Translations under genes and position numbers: made by a program
Assembly (NCBI RefSeq): GCF_964194025.1
Contig: NC_134481.1
Location: 43,462,001 to 43,526,000, forward strand
Direction: 5' to 3'
DNA: 64,000 nt
DNA from: Convolutriloba macropyga
Taxonomy: Eukaryota
Notes under the pieces: model-generated
The model's database searches: none
What the model was told of the DNA's origin: nothing
The model's input: only the letters and a program-made list of their open reading frames with translations
Shown here: positions 36,731 through 50,000 of the stretch, piece after piece
Position numbering within the stretch: position 1 is the first letter of the stretch
Layout: each line of letters opens with the position of its first letter

Positions 36731-37402
36731 GTAAGTTGAACTTTTAAAAATGACAAGAAATCTCACATAAAAATGTGCTCAGCACAAAAAGTTCAAACAT
36801 TCCTTGGTAGGAGTTACACCTTGCCATCCTTCCGAAGTAAATTTATTTTATTTTGTAAATTTTTTAGGCAAAGACTCAACCAAAACTCAAAAATTTTCTC
36901 AGTTCCATAAAGTTGAAATAATCGAACGTTCGAAAAACGCCTAAAACATGCAAATGAGCAATCTGAACACTTTTTTCTGAAACGTGTGTTTATTTCAACT
37001 TCATGGGACACGCTATACTTCTGGCAGCCAATAAAACAGAATTAATTGTCAAAAATTGTCAAAAAGATCACGAATATGAGTTTTTCAAATGGTGGTCGAC
37101 AAATTGGAACGGGTGATTTAAAACAATGATCTTTTATCTTCAATCATAAATTGTAGATTTCTAGAGTTTAGGGTGAAATCTTCCTGTTTACAATAAGGCA
37201 GATCAAGGAGAATCGCTAATTTTTGCATATAATGTTCCAACCCATCAAATTAACAATGTGCAAACTTTATTCGATATATCGTCAATTATTTGTTTGCAAG
37301 TAATTAAGCCTCTGCTCCATCAGTAACTGAATACTATATTGAAGGTGTGTTTGCTTACAAAATTATTGAAGCGGCATGTTTGGAAGAAAGCCGTATAATT
37401 CA

Positions 37403-39173
37403 ATCTCAAAGTGTCCTTTGTTATCAATCTGCTTCCAAGTTTGCCATTTTGCAGTGTTCAATATTGAACAGGTTACAACCCGTTTGTGTAGGAACGGAAA
37501 CTTGAACTTCAGCTTTTTCGGAAAAGAACTAAATTAATACTGACTTTGATTTATTCCCCAACAAAGAAGCAAATTCTAAATTTGGAACCGTACAAAGATA
37601 ATGACGAAGAAATTTAAACTGGTGAGAACGAGTGAATGAGTAAATATTGATTCTGATAAAGACTCTATGGTAGGTCTACCACCAAATTCTCACGCACGTA
37701 ATGGAGGATTAGAAACCCATATTGGGGACTTATGGTATCAAAGTTATGAATGACTTTCCGAAAACTTTTCCCAAAAAGGCACTTTTCACACAACGACTAG
37801 GAATCCGTGGTAAAGAGAACTTTACTATCATATCCAAACATAGATAAGCAGTATATATACTGCTCATTTTCGGCCCGTTTATGTAACGAAACCAATCTGA
37901 AAAAAACTAAATCCGTGTCATAGTCAAATTTAAGGAGTCGGCCAGTGAGTTAACAGATCTGTCACGGTACTGAAGATTTCAATTTTTGTTGAAGTTAGTG
38001 TATTCGGGTAACTACTTTTCGTTAAAATAATTTACCAATCTTTCAACAATTTTCTCCTTCTGGACCTGGTAGCATAAGTTAGGAGAAACTAAGCCGATAT
38101 CTATTAAGTAGGGACTATACGTTTAGCCTTTTGGGATAGAAATCTTAAACTAGTTGTTCTACAAGAACCGGAACCTAGTATTCCTTAATACTAGGTAATT
38201 GTTAGTGCAGTGTTTTCTAAATTAGAAACTTTTAATTGTACAGATCTAGCAACTTTTCATCACACCTTTAAAGATCTAAACCAAATCCTTAGATCTAGCT
38301 TAAAATAATTGGATCTATCTTAGTTTGGTGGCTATTAAAAATAGTGGTCAATCAAAAGATAATTAGGTTAGGGTAGGAAACGAAACTGGAGGTCAACACT
38401 GAGGCCGGAGACATCAAGACGTATATTTTCTGAGTGTTAATTGGCCAAGCTCCTTCCAGGAGACCGCATCGTGAAGCCACTCTGAGGGTAGGGTTGCCTT
38501 ATCGTAGAAGACTTGGGCAAGTTAAGTCAACCCATGTAGTATGGAATGGTTAACCAAGTAGACAATAAAAACTGTCTGCAGTAACCTGAAGTACCTAATG
38601 GGCAAATTCTTAACGTTCTATGAAGTTTGTTAATACTCGTCTTGTTGGGTTGTGGAGTGAGCACCGACGAGCTCTTCACGCCATCTACTGTCTTGTTCAA
38701 TCAAGTATATTGGTTGATCGATGAATTAGTTAATTGAATTGAGGACCTGGTATAATCCTCAGTCAATCGTAGAGTCACCGCTTGATTCCTTTTGGTAAGA
38801 ACATTTCTTAGGAACTAACATATCACAACATAGAGGCATTTCAAAACTTTTTTCTTCTAACATTATTATTATTGGCAAGTGAGCACTGTTCTATAATGCC
38901 TCAAAAGAGTTCATTTAGGGATCGAACGAAGGGCTTGGTGTGACCCTTTAGTCTAATTAAGAGCAGTGGGTTTGTGAAGTTACTACCCCTTTCAGTAGTT
39001 TTTTGATTTAAGGATTTTTTCTAGGAATACTTGTGGAATTGCGAATAAGGTAAACCTCCATCCTAAATATTCAAATTCTATATTATACATCTCAAAGTGT
39101 CCTTAGTTATCAATCTGCTTCCAAGTTTGCCATTTTGCAGTCTTCAATTTTGAACAGCTTACAACCCGTCTGT
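37403..39173. mobile_element. 1.6-kb segment in SUOX intron 1 bounded by ~85-bp direct repeats; possible decayed retroelement
   Basis: ATCTCAAAGTGTCCTT...ACAACCCGT at 37403-37487 and 39089-39173; minus-strand peptide KTSINKLHRTLRICP near 38600-38645 resembles a Penelope RT-thumb motif. Confidence 0.4.
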
Positions 39174-40313
39174 AGTTTTTCAAAGAAGTTAAATTATGAT
39201 AATGTAAATCACCTCCTTCCTCTGTAAAATAAATTACTATCAAAAAAACAATTTGTGATTGTGGTACGTTTCAATGCTTATTTCTGTTTGATTTGATAAC
39301 AATTGAATTGCGTTGATTTGCATTACAAACATTGATGAGGGCATCTAAACAGAATTTTTAGCAAAACGGGACAGATAGAAAAGTAGTTTTTTAATCAAGC
39401 TAGACTAATGAAGTAGAAGCAAATTGACGGTAACAAAAAAGTCTGCCAACTTTCGGTTTGCCGCCAAGCCGTTTTTCCAAAACCAGCCTATTGGAAGATC
39501 ATACGTTTTGTTACAATAAAAATTTGTTGACAAAAGACGTTTTTGGAACAAAAAATTAGGTGGCCTACCTGTACCAAATTAAACCTTCTTTTAAATAAAG
39601 TAGCTGCGATTTACAGAATAAATGAAAGGATTGAGAATAGGTAAGTATTGTCTACTTTTACAATGTATTAGGATAAAGAAGTGGAAATGAGTGAGAAATT
39701 TACAAACGAGTAAATTTACTCAAATATTTGGTACTGGTAGATGCCTTTAATAATATATCATGTTATCATAATATCATATCTTACAAGTAAAAAATGGTAT
39801 TTTTACCACAATGATTCTCTTGCCTAAATATCACACTAAATCACTGCTCAGGTTTTCAATGGCTTACCAAAGCAATTTAAACTTGAAAAAAATCAGCGAT
39901 TGATTTTCTTTTTGTCCAAAAACTGCTAAATTTATTTTTAAAAGTAATTATTTTCAGATAATAAATTTAAGCGCAATTTTCTTATTGTGTCTGCGTAGTA
40001 AAGATAATATCTGATGTCCCCATTGTTCGAAAATTTATTGAACATATCCCAGGTAGAAGCTCAATCAATCTACAAATTTTGAATCTTCTTTTTTCCCTCC
40101 CACCGATTAGTAACTTTTTTCTTATCCCGTTTAGTTGAAAATTGATCATTTCATTATGCTCAAAAGTTTGTTATCGCCGTTTCCAAAGTATTATTTAAAA
40201 AAGATAAAATTGTGAAAATGAAAATTTGTATAACTAAAACGAAAAAATAACAGCTTGTTTCGCTTGTGAATCGATTACGTTGTTATGTAATAAACCTGTG
40301 CAAAATATTTAAG

Positions 40314-40693
40314 CATTGCAACAGAAGGCTGAAACAGTGCAAGATGCCTATACCAATGACCCCAAAAGACACCCGGCCCTGATTGTGAGGCAACAGAAAC
40401 CTTTCAACGCTGAAACGCCTCCCGTAATTGCTGTCCAAAACCAGTTCACACCTCAGTCACTCTTTTTCGTGAGAAATCACATGCCGGTTCCTGACATAAA
40501 GGAAAGCGACTATGAGTTTCACGTGGAAATGGGCACGATAATGAGGGAAAGGGATCAGAAGGGAAAAGGAGTGGAATCTGTGTCATCGAAGAGGCTGACT
40601 TTGGATGACTTGAAGAAGAATTTCAAACCAAAAACTGTAGAAGCTGTTATACAATGTAGCGGAAATAGGCGGGATGACTTCAATAAATATAAG
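40314..40693 (+). CDS. SUOX: Sulfite oxidase, coding exon 2 (start of Moco domain)
   Basis: Acceptor TTTAAG|CA completes the phase-1 codon; DPKRHPAL...PFNAETP...FFVRNHMPVP...IQCSGNRR (Mo-ligating Cys); donor AAG|GTGAAT (phase 0). Confidence 0.93.
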
Positions 40694-42157
40694 GTGAATA
40701 TTTTTTCACACATCTTTATTAAAAGAAACCTTGCAGTTTAGTAATAGCTTTATCGATGTTATACCAGGGTATATAATGATATTTGAATTAATGTTTTAAG
40801 CAGTAATGTGTATCTGCTTTTCCGTAAATTCAGAGTTGAGAACGCAATTAAGTCTGAACCGTAGGGCTCGTCAACTGAATTTGCAAGCCTAAAATCATTT
40901 GTTATCACGAACCTGGGTAATTGTTTTCATGGGTTCGTTTTTTCACCCAAGCAGTGAAATAAACCGGCGTCACGCGAAACTCAACCGCATTCGTAAAATG
41001 ACTTTTTGCGTACAGTAGCACAAGTTAATAGCTAGACAGTAATACATGATTGGTTTTGTTTAATGACGTTTTTTTGACAGATAAAAAAGTTTGTTACAAC
41101 AGTTTGAGCTTCTTTAAGGAGTTCATGTCTGTGTTCTTCAATGATGCCATCCTTTGTCTAAGTTGTTTCGAAATGCAGTTTTGGAATTTCTAACAATAAT
41201 AATTTTTTCGAATCTTTGCCTTTTTCGGTTGCTTAGAACTCCAGTTTAATACCTGATTTTAGGAACATTTTATTATTTAAATTCTCTCAAACAAAGTTGG
41301 AAAAAAATATTTGGGCTCTGGTGGTCTTCATGGTGCTTTTCGCTCAGTCGATTTATCGCCGGACCATTTTCGTCCTCAAAAAAGGGGTTAAACTGGTGAA
41401 GCCGGTGCCTAAAGCAGGTCTGAACCCCGCTCCGACACAAACACTCCCCTACTGTTTCGCCCCTTTTAAGTAACTTTAGGCTCTATTGCTCTAGGATTTT
41501 TGTTTAATCTGTGTTTTTCCTGTAATCATGTCAAATTTTTATCTTTTCAGGCAACTATAGCCGTTGATGAAATCTTTTTTTGACTCCCTGTAAGTGGCCT
41601 TATTCAGTGTGATCATTTTCATAAACACTTTGAATTCTGCAGTTAAATATGAGCGTTAATTTTAATCGAGACAAGACATGGAAATGGAACAAAAAGGCTC
41701 CTTATTTACTCCAGTTTTTAAAGGAGATTTAGGAATTGAAGTTTGACAAATTTTTCACTTTTGAGAGCCAATTTTTGTTCGCGTGCGGCAATTTGACTTC
41801 TCACTGGAAGTAATTTTCAAGTCGTTGCGTGAGCTGGTTTTTTTACTTGATAGTGAACAAGTTGTGGTTGAAGAATTGTCCTGCTATCTTTTTGTTTCAT
41901 CATGTCAGTTTTCACGGCAAGCCTCAGAAGAAATATTTTAATCTTTCTGCTATTATATACTGGTTTTATCTGTTTGGTGTCATTTCTTACAATAATTAGC
42001 TGTGAGATTTAAGCTGAATTGTGTGATCAGTTTCTTGCTCATAGATGATCAACTTACCCTCTAAATATTGCTTTTTTGTAATATCAAGTTTGCTTTAAAC
42101 CCTTCCTTCTCAGTTGCTTTCGGTGGTCAATGGAATGTGCTGCTACAATGAATCCTT

Positions 42158-42470
42158 TAAAGAGCTGCGAAGCTGTAAGCTGAGTGGAGCTATATTGCGG
42201 TGTTCGTCATTTTTACAATGCAAAGAACTTGAATTGGATTGAGGCGCTCTTTTTTGAAGATATGTACACACATTTTCATAATTTTTGAAGTCAAATTTTA
42301 GTAGTGATTTTGGTCACGCTGAAACTGGAAATGGAGCAAAAACAAGTGGTTTTGGGGCATAAATTTCTTTGCTCTATTTTTCAAGTACAGTAAGAAAATA
42401 ATGTTTGAACAAAAACAAGTTTTTCTATTGTAATTTCTTGTTCACGTGCGGCAAATTGTCTTCTGTGTTA
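42158..42470 (+). mobile_element. HINE family A 5' fragment in SUOX intron 2
   Basis: AGAGCTGCGAAGCTGTAAGCTGAG... colinear with 525-770 and 59200-59520. Confidence 0.55.
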
Positions 42471-42970
42471 ACTGTTTTCGGGGAGAAATTCGGGGAAAAT
42501 TGGAAGAAAAATAGTCAAAGCCTTGACTCAGATGTCCTTAAAAATTTGTCTGAAAACTTCACAAACTGTCTACCATATATTAGAAAAAGTAAAGGTGTAA
42601 CTTCCCGCTAGTAGAGAACTGATTTGAACTCAAAATGTATTATTTGATGTTTGTGCAGCTTTTAAAAAATTTCCTTGGTGTACGTAGCTTTTTGGTACTA
42701 TAGTGTATATATCTGTATTTTTTTGTTTGTGACTACGATTACGATATAAATTACCAAACGTAGATCAATTATACTCTTTGCGTTAAAAAGTAGTTTATGT
42801 CCTAAGCAACTATAGACCTGCCATGTTTCATCGTTTTTTCTTGAAAAACATTTTCTCGTTTTAGCTCTATTTGAATGCGTAAGCAACTATGCATTGAAAA
42901 ATTTTCATGAACAAGGAAAAAGTATCAGTCCACTGATATCATATGAGCTCTTCTTTTTTTGATATTTAAG

Positions 42971-43175
42971 GAAGTGAAAGGCTTAACTTGGGCATTGACT
43001 GCCATCTCGAATGCTACTTGGACTGGAGTTCTGTTACGTGATGTCCTCTTGACCAGCACTGGACTGAGTGAAGAAGAACTGAAAAAGAAATTCAAACATG
43101 TCCAGTTTGAGGGCTATGACTCATCGGCTGATGGGACCAGCTACGGTGCCAGCATCCCCCTTCACAAAGCTATCA
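42971..43175 (+). CDS. SUOX: Sulfite oxidase, coding exon 3
   Basis: TTTAAG|GAA; EVKGLTW...ISNATWTGVLLRDVL...HVQFEGYD...YGASIP; donor A|GTAGGT at 43176 (phase 1) keeps frame with exon 4. Confidence 0.9.
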
Positions 43176-43726
43176 GTAGGTAAACGATATCATGCACAAT
43201 CATTCATACAAACTTGCATAAATATTCTCAACTTAAGTATCATTTCGGATTTTGCCGTAATGCGGTAGATTTTATTTCATAATTTTGTATATGTAGGCGA
43301 CTCTTTTGAAGTTACTAAGAAAATCTGACAATAACCCACGTAACAGCCGTGAGTGACTTTAGAAGAGGCACGTAACTTGTTTGGGATCTGTTCTGTTTCG
43401 CCGCTCTCAATCCCACCCCTCCCCCGCGCTTAGTGGGAGTGGGCGCATAACTTTTAAGCCCTCAGGCGCCCGTTCTTTTTTGTAGTAACGTGCTATATAA
43501 CAACACGCGGATATAAAAACACTGGGTGGTTGAGGGATGCAGAATTGATCCTTTGTTTGAAATACGAGCTTTGCAAGTTTAAAATCTTTGTAGATGGCAA
43601 TTTGGTTTTTTTAATTGGGGTGGGGGTGTTGTTTGTTGATATATGTTGTTTTTCTATCATGTTATTCTAATATTTCTTCCTACGTTTTTGGGTGAAGGTA
43701 AAAGTTCACTCTTTATCTATTTTTAG

Positions 43727-43968
43727 GTGCGGATTGTGAGGTGCTGTTGGCGTGGGAGTTGAACGGGGAACCTCTCTCGCGTGACCATGGCTTCCCTCTC
43801 CGAGTGGTGGTACCAGGGACAGTGGGTGCCAGGAGTGTGAAGTGGCTAAAAAATATCCGCCTCTCAACAGAGGAATCCAAAAGCCATTGGCAACAGAAGG
43901 ACTACAAGATGTTCCACTCTTCTGTTGATTGGAGCAATGTTGATTGGTCCAAGTCACCCTCTGTTCAG
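43727..43968 (+). CDS. SUOX: Sulfite oxidase, coding exon 4
   Basis: TTTTTAG|GT; [36 protein letters not shown]...SHWQQKDYK; donor CAG|GTAAAT (phase 0). Confidence 0.93.
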
Positions 43969-44078
43969 GTAAATATCTACTTTGTGTCTCTTGAGTTAAG
44001 ATTTAACAGCATTTTATGCCTATACAGTCTAATATGCTACAGTCTTCAAGTGTAATACGAACATCAATTTTAGCTTTT

Positions 44079-47000
44079 TGGGACATTTATAATTGGGACG
44101 AAGCATTGAGGGGCTTGTTACTGAGCTCTGTTTTTTTTTCACTAAACAAGTCTATAATCCATTTTCTACGGTTTTGGGGAAAGGCACGGGGTCCTACTCT
44201 CACCTTGTGTTCTAGTTTTTTAATTCCAAAATTTTAATACCAGAATTGAACATAACCGACTAAACGTCGGAAGAATTGCTTTCGAACGAATAGTGGGAGC
44301 TCTAATTAATTGCAGCCTGCTTCAGTCGGGGGTGGGTGGCTAAATGGGAGTAAGAAGTTTAATAGTGGGCTTCAAATAACCACATTAGAGGTTAACATAT
44401 ACCACTATTAAGATTTAAAGTAAAAAATGTCACCAGTTTCGACAGTTCTACTTCTTTTCACCCCGATTTATTTAACCCCCTATAATTTAACCCCGTATAT
44501 AATCACCCCTCAGTCACTTAACCCCGCAATTTATTCACCCCGAAATCGGTTTAACACCGAAATCTTTTATCTATTTCGGCATCCAAAAGAACAATTAGCA
44601 ACGCTAAAGTTCAAAGGACTTAAATAACACAAAAGTACTGACCTTCAAGAGTGCGGCATTGAACAGCTTGCGTTTGTTTAAAATCAAAGAATAATGACGA
44701 GACTGCTTTTTAGAGAAATGACTTTGATCGAAAAAGAACACTTGACAAGTCTGACCTCTTCTATGTTGCACTTTGATTTGAATCAAAAAGTTCAAAAACT
44801 GTCCTAGTCTAGGAGACGGAAGAACCGGTACTTTTCAAATGGAAGGATGTAAGCTAAATTTTAAAACCTACTTTCCGAGTAGGCATAAAATAGCAATTGG
44901 GACATTTATGGGACAATTATAATTGGGACGAAGCATTGATGGGCTTGTTACTGAGCTCTGTTTTTTTTCACTAAACAAGTCTATAATCCATTTTCTACGG
45001 TTTTGGGGAAAGTCACGGGGTCGTACTCTCACCTTGTATTCTAGTTTTTTAATTCCAAAATTTTAATACCAGAATTGAACATAACCGACTAAACGTCGGA
45101 AGAATTGCTCTCGAACGACTAGTGGGAGCTCTAATCTATTGCAGCCTGCTTCAATCGGGGGGGGGGGGGGTGGGTGGCTAAATGAGAATCAGAAGTTCAA
45201 CAGTGGGCTTCAAATAACCACATTAGAGGTTAACATATGCCACTATTAAGATTTAAAGTGAAAAATGGCACCAGTTTCGACGGTTCTACTTCTTTTCACC
45301 TCGATTTTTTTAACCTCCTATAATTTAACCCCGTATATAATCACCCCTCAGTCACTTAACCCCGCATTTTATTCACTCCGAAATCGGTTTAACACCGAAA
45401 TCTTTCATCTATTTCGGCATCCAAAAGAACAATTAGCAAAGCTAAAGTTCAAAGGACTTAAATAACACAAAAGTACTGACCTTCAAGAGTGCGGCATTGA
45501 ACAGCTTGCGTTTGTTTAAAATCAAAGAATAATGACGAGACTGATTTTTAGAGAAATGACTTTGATCGAAGAAGAACACTTGACAAGTCTGACCTCTTTT
45601 ATGTTGCACTTTGATTTGAATCAAAAAAGTTCAAAAACTGTCCTAGTCTAGGAGACGGAAGAACCGGTACTTTTCAAATGGAAAGATGTAAGCTAAATTT
45701 TAAAACCTAATTTCCGAGTAGGCATAAAATAGCAATTGGGACATTTTTGGGACAATTATCATTGGGACGAAGCATTGATGGGCTTGTTACTGAGCTGTTT
45801 TTTTCACTAAACCAGTCTATAATCCATTTTCTACGGTTTTGGGGAAAGGCACGGGGTCCTACTCTCACCTTGTGTTCTAGTTTTTTAATTCAAAATTTTT
45901 AATACCAGAATTGAACATAACCGACTAAACGTCGGAAGAATTGCTCTCGAACGACTAGTGGAAGCTCTAATCTATTGCAGCCTGCTTCAATCGGGGGGGG
46001 GGGTGGCTAAAGGAGACTCAGAAGTTCAACAGTGGGCTTCAAATAACCACATTAGAGGTTAACATATGCCACTATTAAGATTTAAAGTGAAAAATGGCAC
46101 CAGTTTCGACGGTTCTACTTCTTTTCACCTCGATTTTTTTAACCTCCTATAATTTAACCCCGTATATAATCACCCCTCAGTCACTTAACCCCGCATTTTA
46201 TTCACTCCGAAATCGGTTTAACACCGAAATCTTTCATCTATTTCGGCATCCAAAAGAACAATTAGCAAAGCTAAAGTTCAAAGGACTTAAATAACACAAA
46301 AGTACTGACCTTCAAGAGTGCGGCATTGAACAGCTTGCGTTTGTTTAAAATCAAAGAATAATGACGAGACTGATTTTTAGAGAAATGACTTTGATCGAAG
46401 AAGAACACTTGACAAGTCTGACCTCTTTTATGTTGCACTTTGATTTGAATCAAAAAAGTTCAAAAACTGTCCTAGTCTAGGAGACGGAAGAACCGGTACT
46501 TTTCAAATGGAAAGATGTAAGCTAAATTTTAAAACCTAATTTCCGAGTAGGCATAAAATAGCAATTGGGACATTTTTGGGACAATTATCATTGGGACGAA
46601 GCATTGATGGGCTTGTTACTGAGCTGTTTTTTTCACTAAACCAGTCTATAATCCATTTTCTACGGTTTTGGGGAAAGGCACGGGGTCCTACTCTCACCTT
46701 GTGTTCTAGTTTTTTAATTCAAAATTTTTAATACCAGAATTGAACATAACCGACTAAACGTCGGAAGAATTGCTCTCGAACGACTAGTGGAAGCTCTAAT
46801 CTATTGCAGCCTGCTTCAATCGGGGGGGGGGTGGCTAAAGGAGACTCAGAAGTTCAACAGTGGGCTTCAAATAACCACATTAGAGGTTAACATATGCCAC
46901 TATTAAGATTTAAAGTGAAAAATGGCACCAGTTTCGACGGTTCTACTTCTTTTCACCTCGATTTTTTTAACCTCCTATAATTTAACCCCGTATATAATCA

Positions 47001-50000
47001 CCCCTCAGTCACTTAACCCCGCATTTTATTCACTCCGAAATCGGTTTAACACCGAAATCTTTCATCTATTTCGGCATCCAAAAGAACAATTAGCAAAGCT
47101 AAAGTTCAAAGGACTTAAATAACACAAAAGTACTGACCTTCAAGAGTGCGGCATTGAACAGCTTGCGTTTGTTTAAAATCAAAGAATAATGACGAGACTG
47201 ATTTTTAGAGAAATGACTTTGATCGAAGAAGAACACTTGACAAGTCTGACCTCTTTTATGTTGCACTTTAATTTGAATCAAAAAAGTTCAAAAACTGTCC
47301 TAGTCTAGGAGACGGAAGAACCGGTACTTTTCAAATGGAAAGATGTAAGCTAAATTTTAAAACCTAATTTCCGAGTAGGCATAAAATAGCAATTGGGACA
47401 TTTTTGGGACAATTATAATTGGGACGAAGCATTGATGGGCTTGTTACTGAGCTCTGTTTTTTTTTCACTAAACCAGTCTATAATCCATTTTCTACGGTTT
47501 TGGGGAAAGGCACGGGGTCCTACTCTCACCTTGTGTTCTAGTTTTTTAATTCCAAATTTTTAATACCAGAATTGAACATAACCGACTAAACGTCGGAAGA
47601 ATTGCTCTCGAACGACTAGTGGGAGCTCTAATGTATTGCAGCCTGCTTCAATCGGGGGGGGGGGGTGGCTAAATCGGACTCAGAAGTTCAACAGTGGGCT
47701 GCAAATAAACACATTAGAGGTTAACATATGCCACTATTAAGATTTAAAGTGAAAAATGGCACCAGTTTCGACGGTTCTACTTCTTTTCACCTCGATTTTT
47801 TTAACCTCCTATAATTTAACCCCGTATATAATCACCCCTCAGTCACTTAACCCCGCATTTTATTCACTCCGAAATCGGTTTAACACCGAAATCTTTCATC
47901 TATTTCGGCATCCAAAAGAACAATTAGCAAAGCTAAAGTTCAAAGGACTTAAATAACACAAAAGTACTGACCTTCAAGAGTGCGGCATTGAACAGCTTGC
48001 GTTTGTTTAAAATCAAAGAATAATGACGAGACTGATTTTTAGAGAAATGACTTTGATCGAAGAAGAACACTTGACAAGTCTGACCTCTTTTATGTTGCAC
48101 TTTAATTTGAATCAAAAAAGTTCAAAAACTGTCCTAGTCTAGGAGACGGAAGAACCGGTACTTTTCAAATGGAAAGATGTAAGCTAAATTTTAAAACCTA
48201 ATTTCCGAGTAGGCATAAAATAGCAATTGGGACATTTTTGGGACAATTATAATTGGGACGAAGCATTGATGGGCTTGTTACTGAGCTCTGTTTTTTTTTC
48301 ACTAAACCAGTCTATAATCCATTTTCTACGGTTTTGGGGAAAGGCACGGGGTCCTGCTCTCACCTTGTGTTCTAGTTTTTTAATTCCAAATTTTTAATAC
48401 CAGAATTGAACATAACCGACTAAACGTCGGAAGAATTGCTCTCGAACGACTAGTGGGAGCTCTAATGTATTGCAGCCTGCTTCAATCGGGGGGGGGGGGG
48501 TGGCTAAATCGGACTCAGAAGTTCAACAGTGGGCTGCAAATAAACACATTAGAGGTTAACATATGCCACTATTAAGATTTAAAGTGAAAAATGGCACCAG
48601 TTTCGACGGTTCTACTTCTTTTCACCTCGATTTTTTTTAACCTCCTATAATTTAACCCCGTATATAATCACCCCTCAGTCACTTAACCCCGCATTTTATT
48701 CACTCCGAAATCGGTTTAACACCGAAATCTTTCATCTATTTCGGCATCCAAAAGAACAATTAGCAAAGCTAAAGTTCAAAGGACTTAAATAACACAAAAG
48801 TACTGACCTTCAAGAGTGCGGCATTGAACAGCTTGCGTTTGTTTAAAATCAAAGAATAATGACGAGACTGATTTTTAGAGAAATGACTTTGATCGAAGAA
48901 GAACACTTGACAAGTCTGACCTCTTTTATGTTGCACTTTAATTTGAATCAAAAAAGTTCAAAAACTGTCCTAGTCTAGGAGACGGAAGAACCGGTACTTT
49001 TCAAATGGAAAGATGTAAGCTAAATTTTAAAACCTAATTTCCGAGTAGGCATAAAATAGCAATTGGGACATTTTTGGGACAATTATAATTGGGACGAAGC
49101 ATTGATGGGCTTGTTACTGAGCTGTTTTTTTTTCACTAAACCAGTCTATAATCCATTTTCTACGGTTTTGGGGAAAGGCACGGGGTCCTACTCTCACCTT
49201 GTGTTCTAGTTTTTTAATTCCAAATTTTTAATACCAGAATTGAACATAACCGACTAAACGTCGGAAGAATTGCTCTCGAACGACTAGTGGGAGCTCTAAT
49301 GTATTGCAGCCTGCTTCAATCGGGGGGGGGGGGGGGGTGGCTAAATCGGACTCAGAAGTTCAACAGTGGGCTGCAAATAAACACATTAGAGGTTAACATA
49401 TGCCACTATTAAGATTTAAAGTGAAAAATGGCACCAGTTTCGACGGTTCTACTTCTTCTCACCTCGATTTTTTTAACCTCCTATAATTTAACCCCGTATA
49501 TAATCACCCCTCAGTCACTTAACCCCGCATTTTATTCACTCCGAAATCGGTTTAACACCGAAATCTTTCATCTATTTCGGGATCCAAAAGAACAATTAGC
49601 AAAGTTAAAGTTCAAAGGACTTAAATAACACAAAAGTACTGACCTTCAAGAGTGCGGCATTGAACAGCTTGCGTTTGTTTAAAATCAAAGAATAATGACG
49701 AGACTGATTTTTAGAGAAATGACTTTGATCGAAGAAGAACACTTGACAAGTCTGACCTCTTTTATGTTGCACTTTGATTTGAATCAAAAAAGTTCAAAAA
49801 CTGTCCTAGTCTAGGAGACGGAAGAACCGGTACTTTTCAAATGGAAAGATGTAAGCTAAATTTTAAAACCTAATTTCCGAGTAGGCATAAAATAGCAATT
49901 GGGACATTTTTGGGACAATTATAATTGGGACGGAGCATTGATGGGCTTGTTACTGAGCTCTGTTTTTTTTCACTAAACCAGTCTATAATCCATTTTCTAC

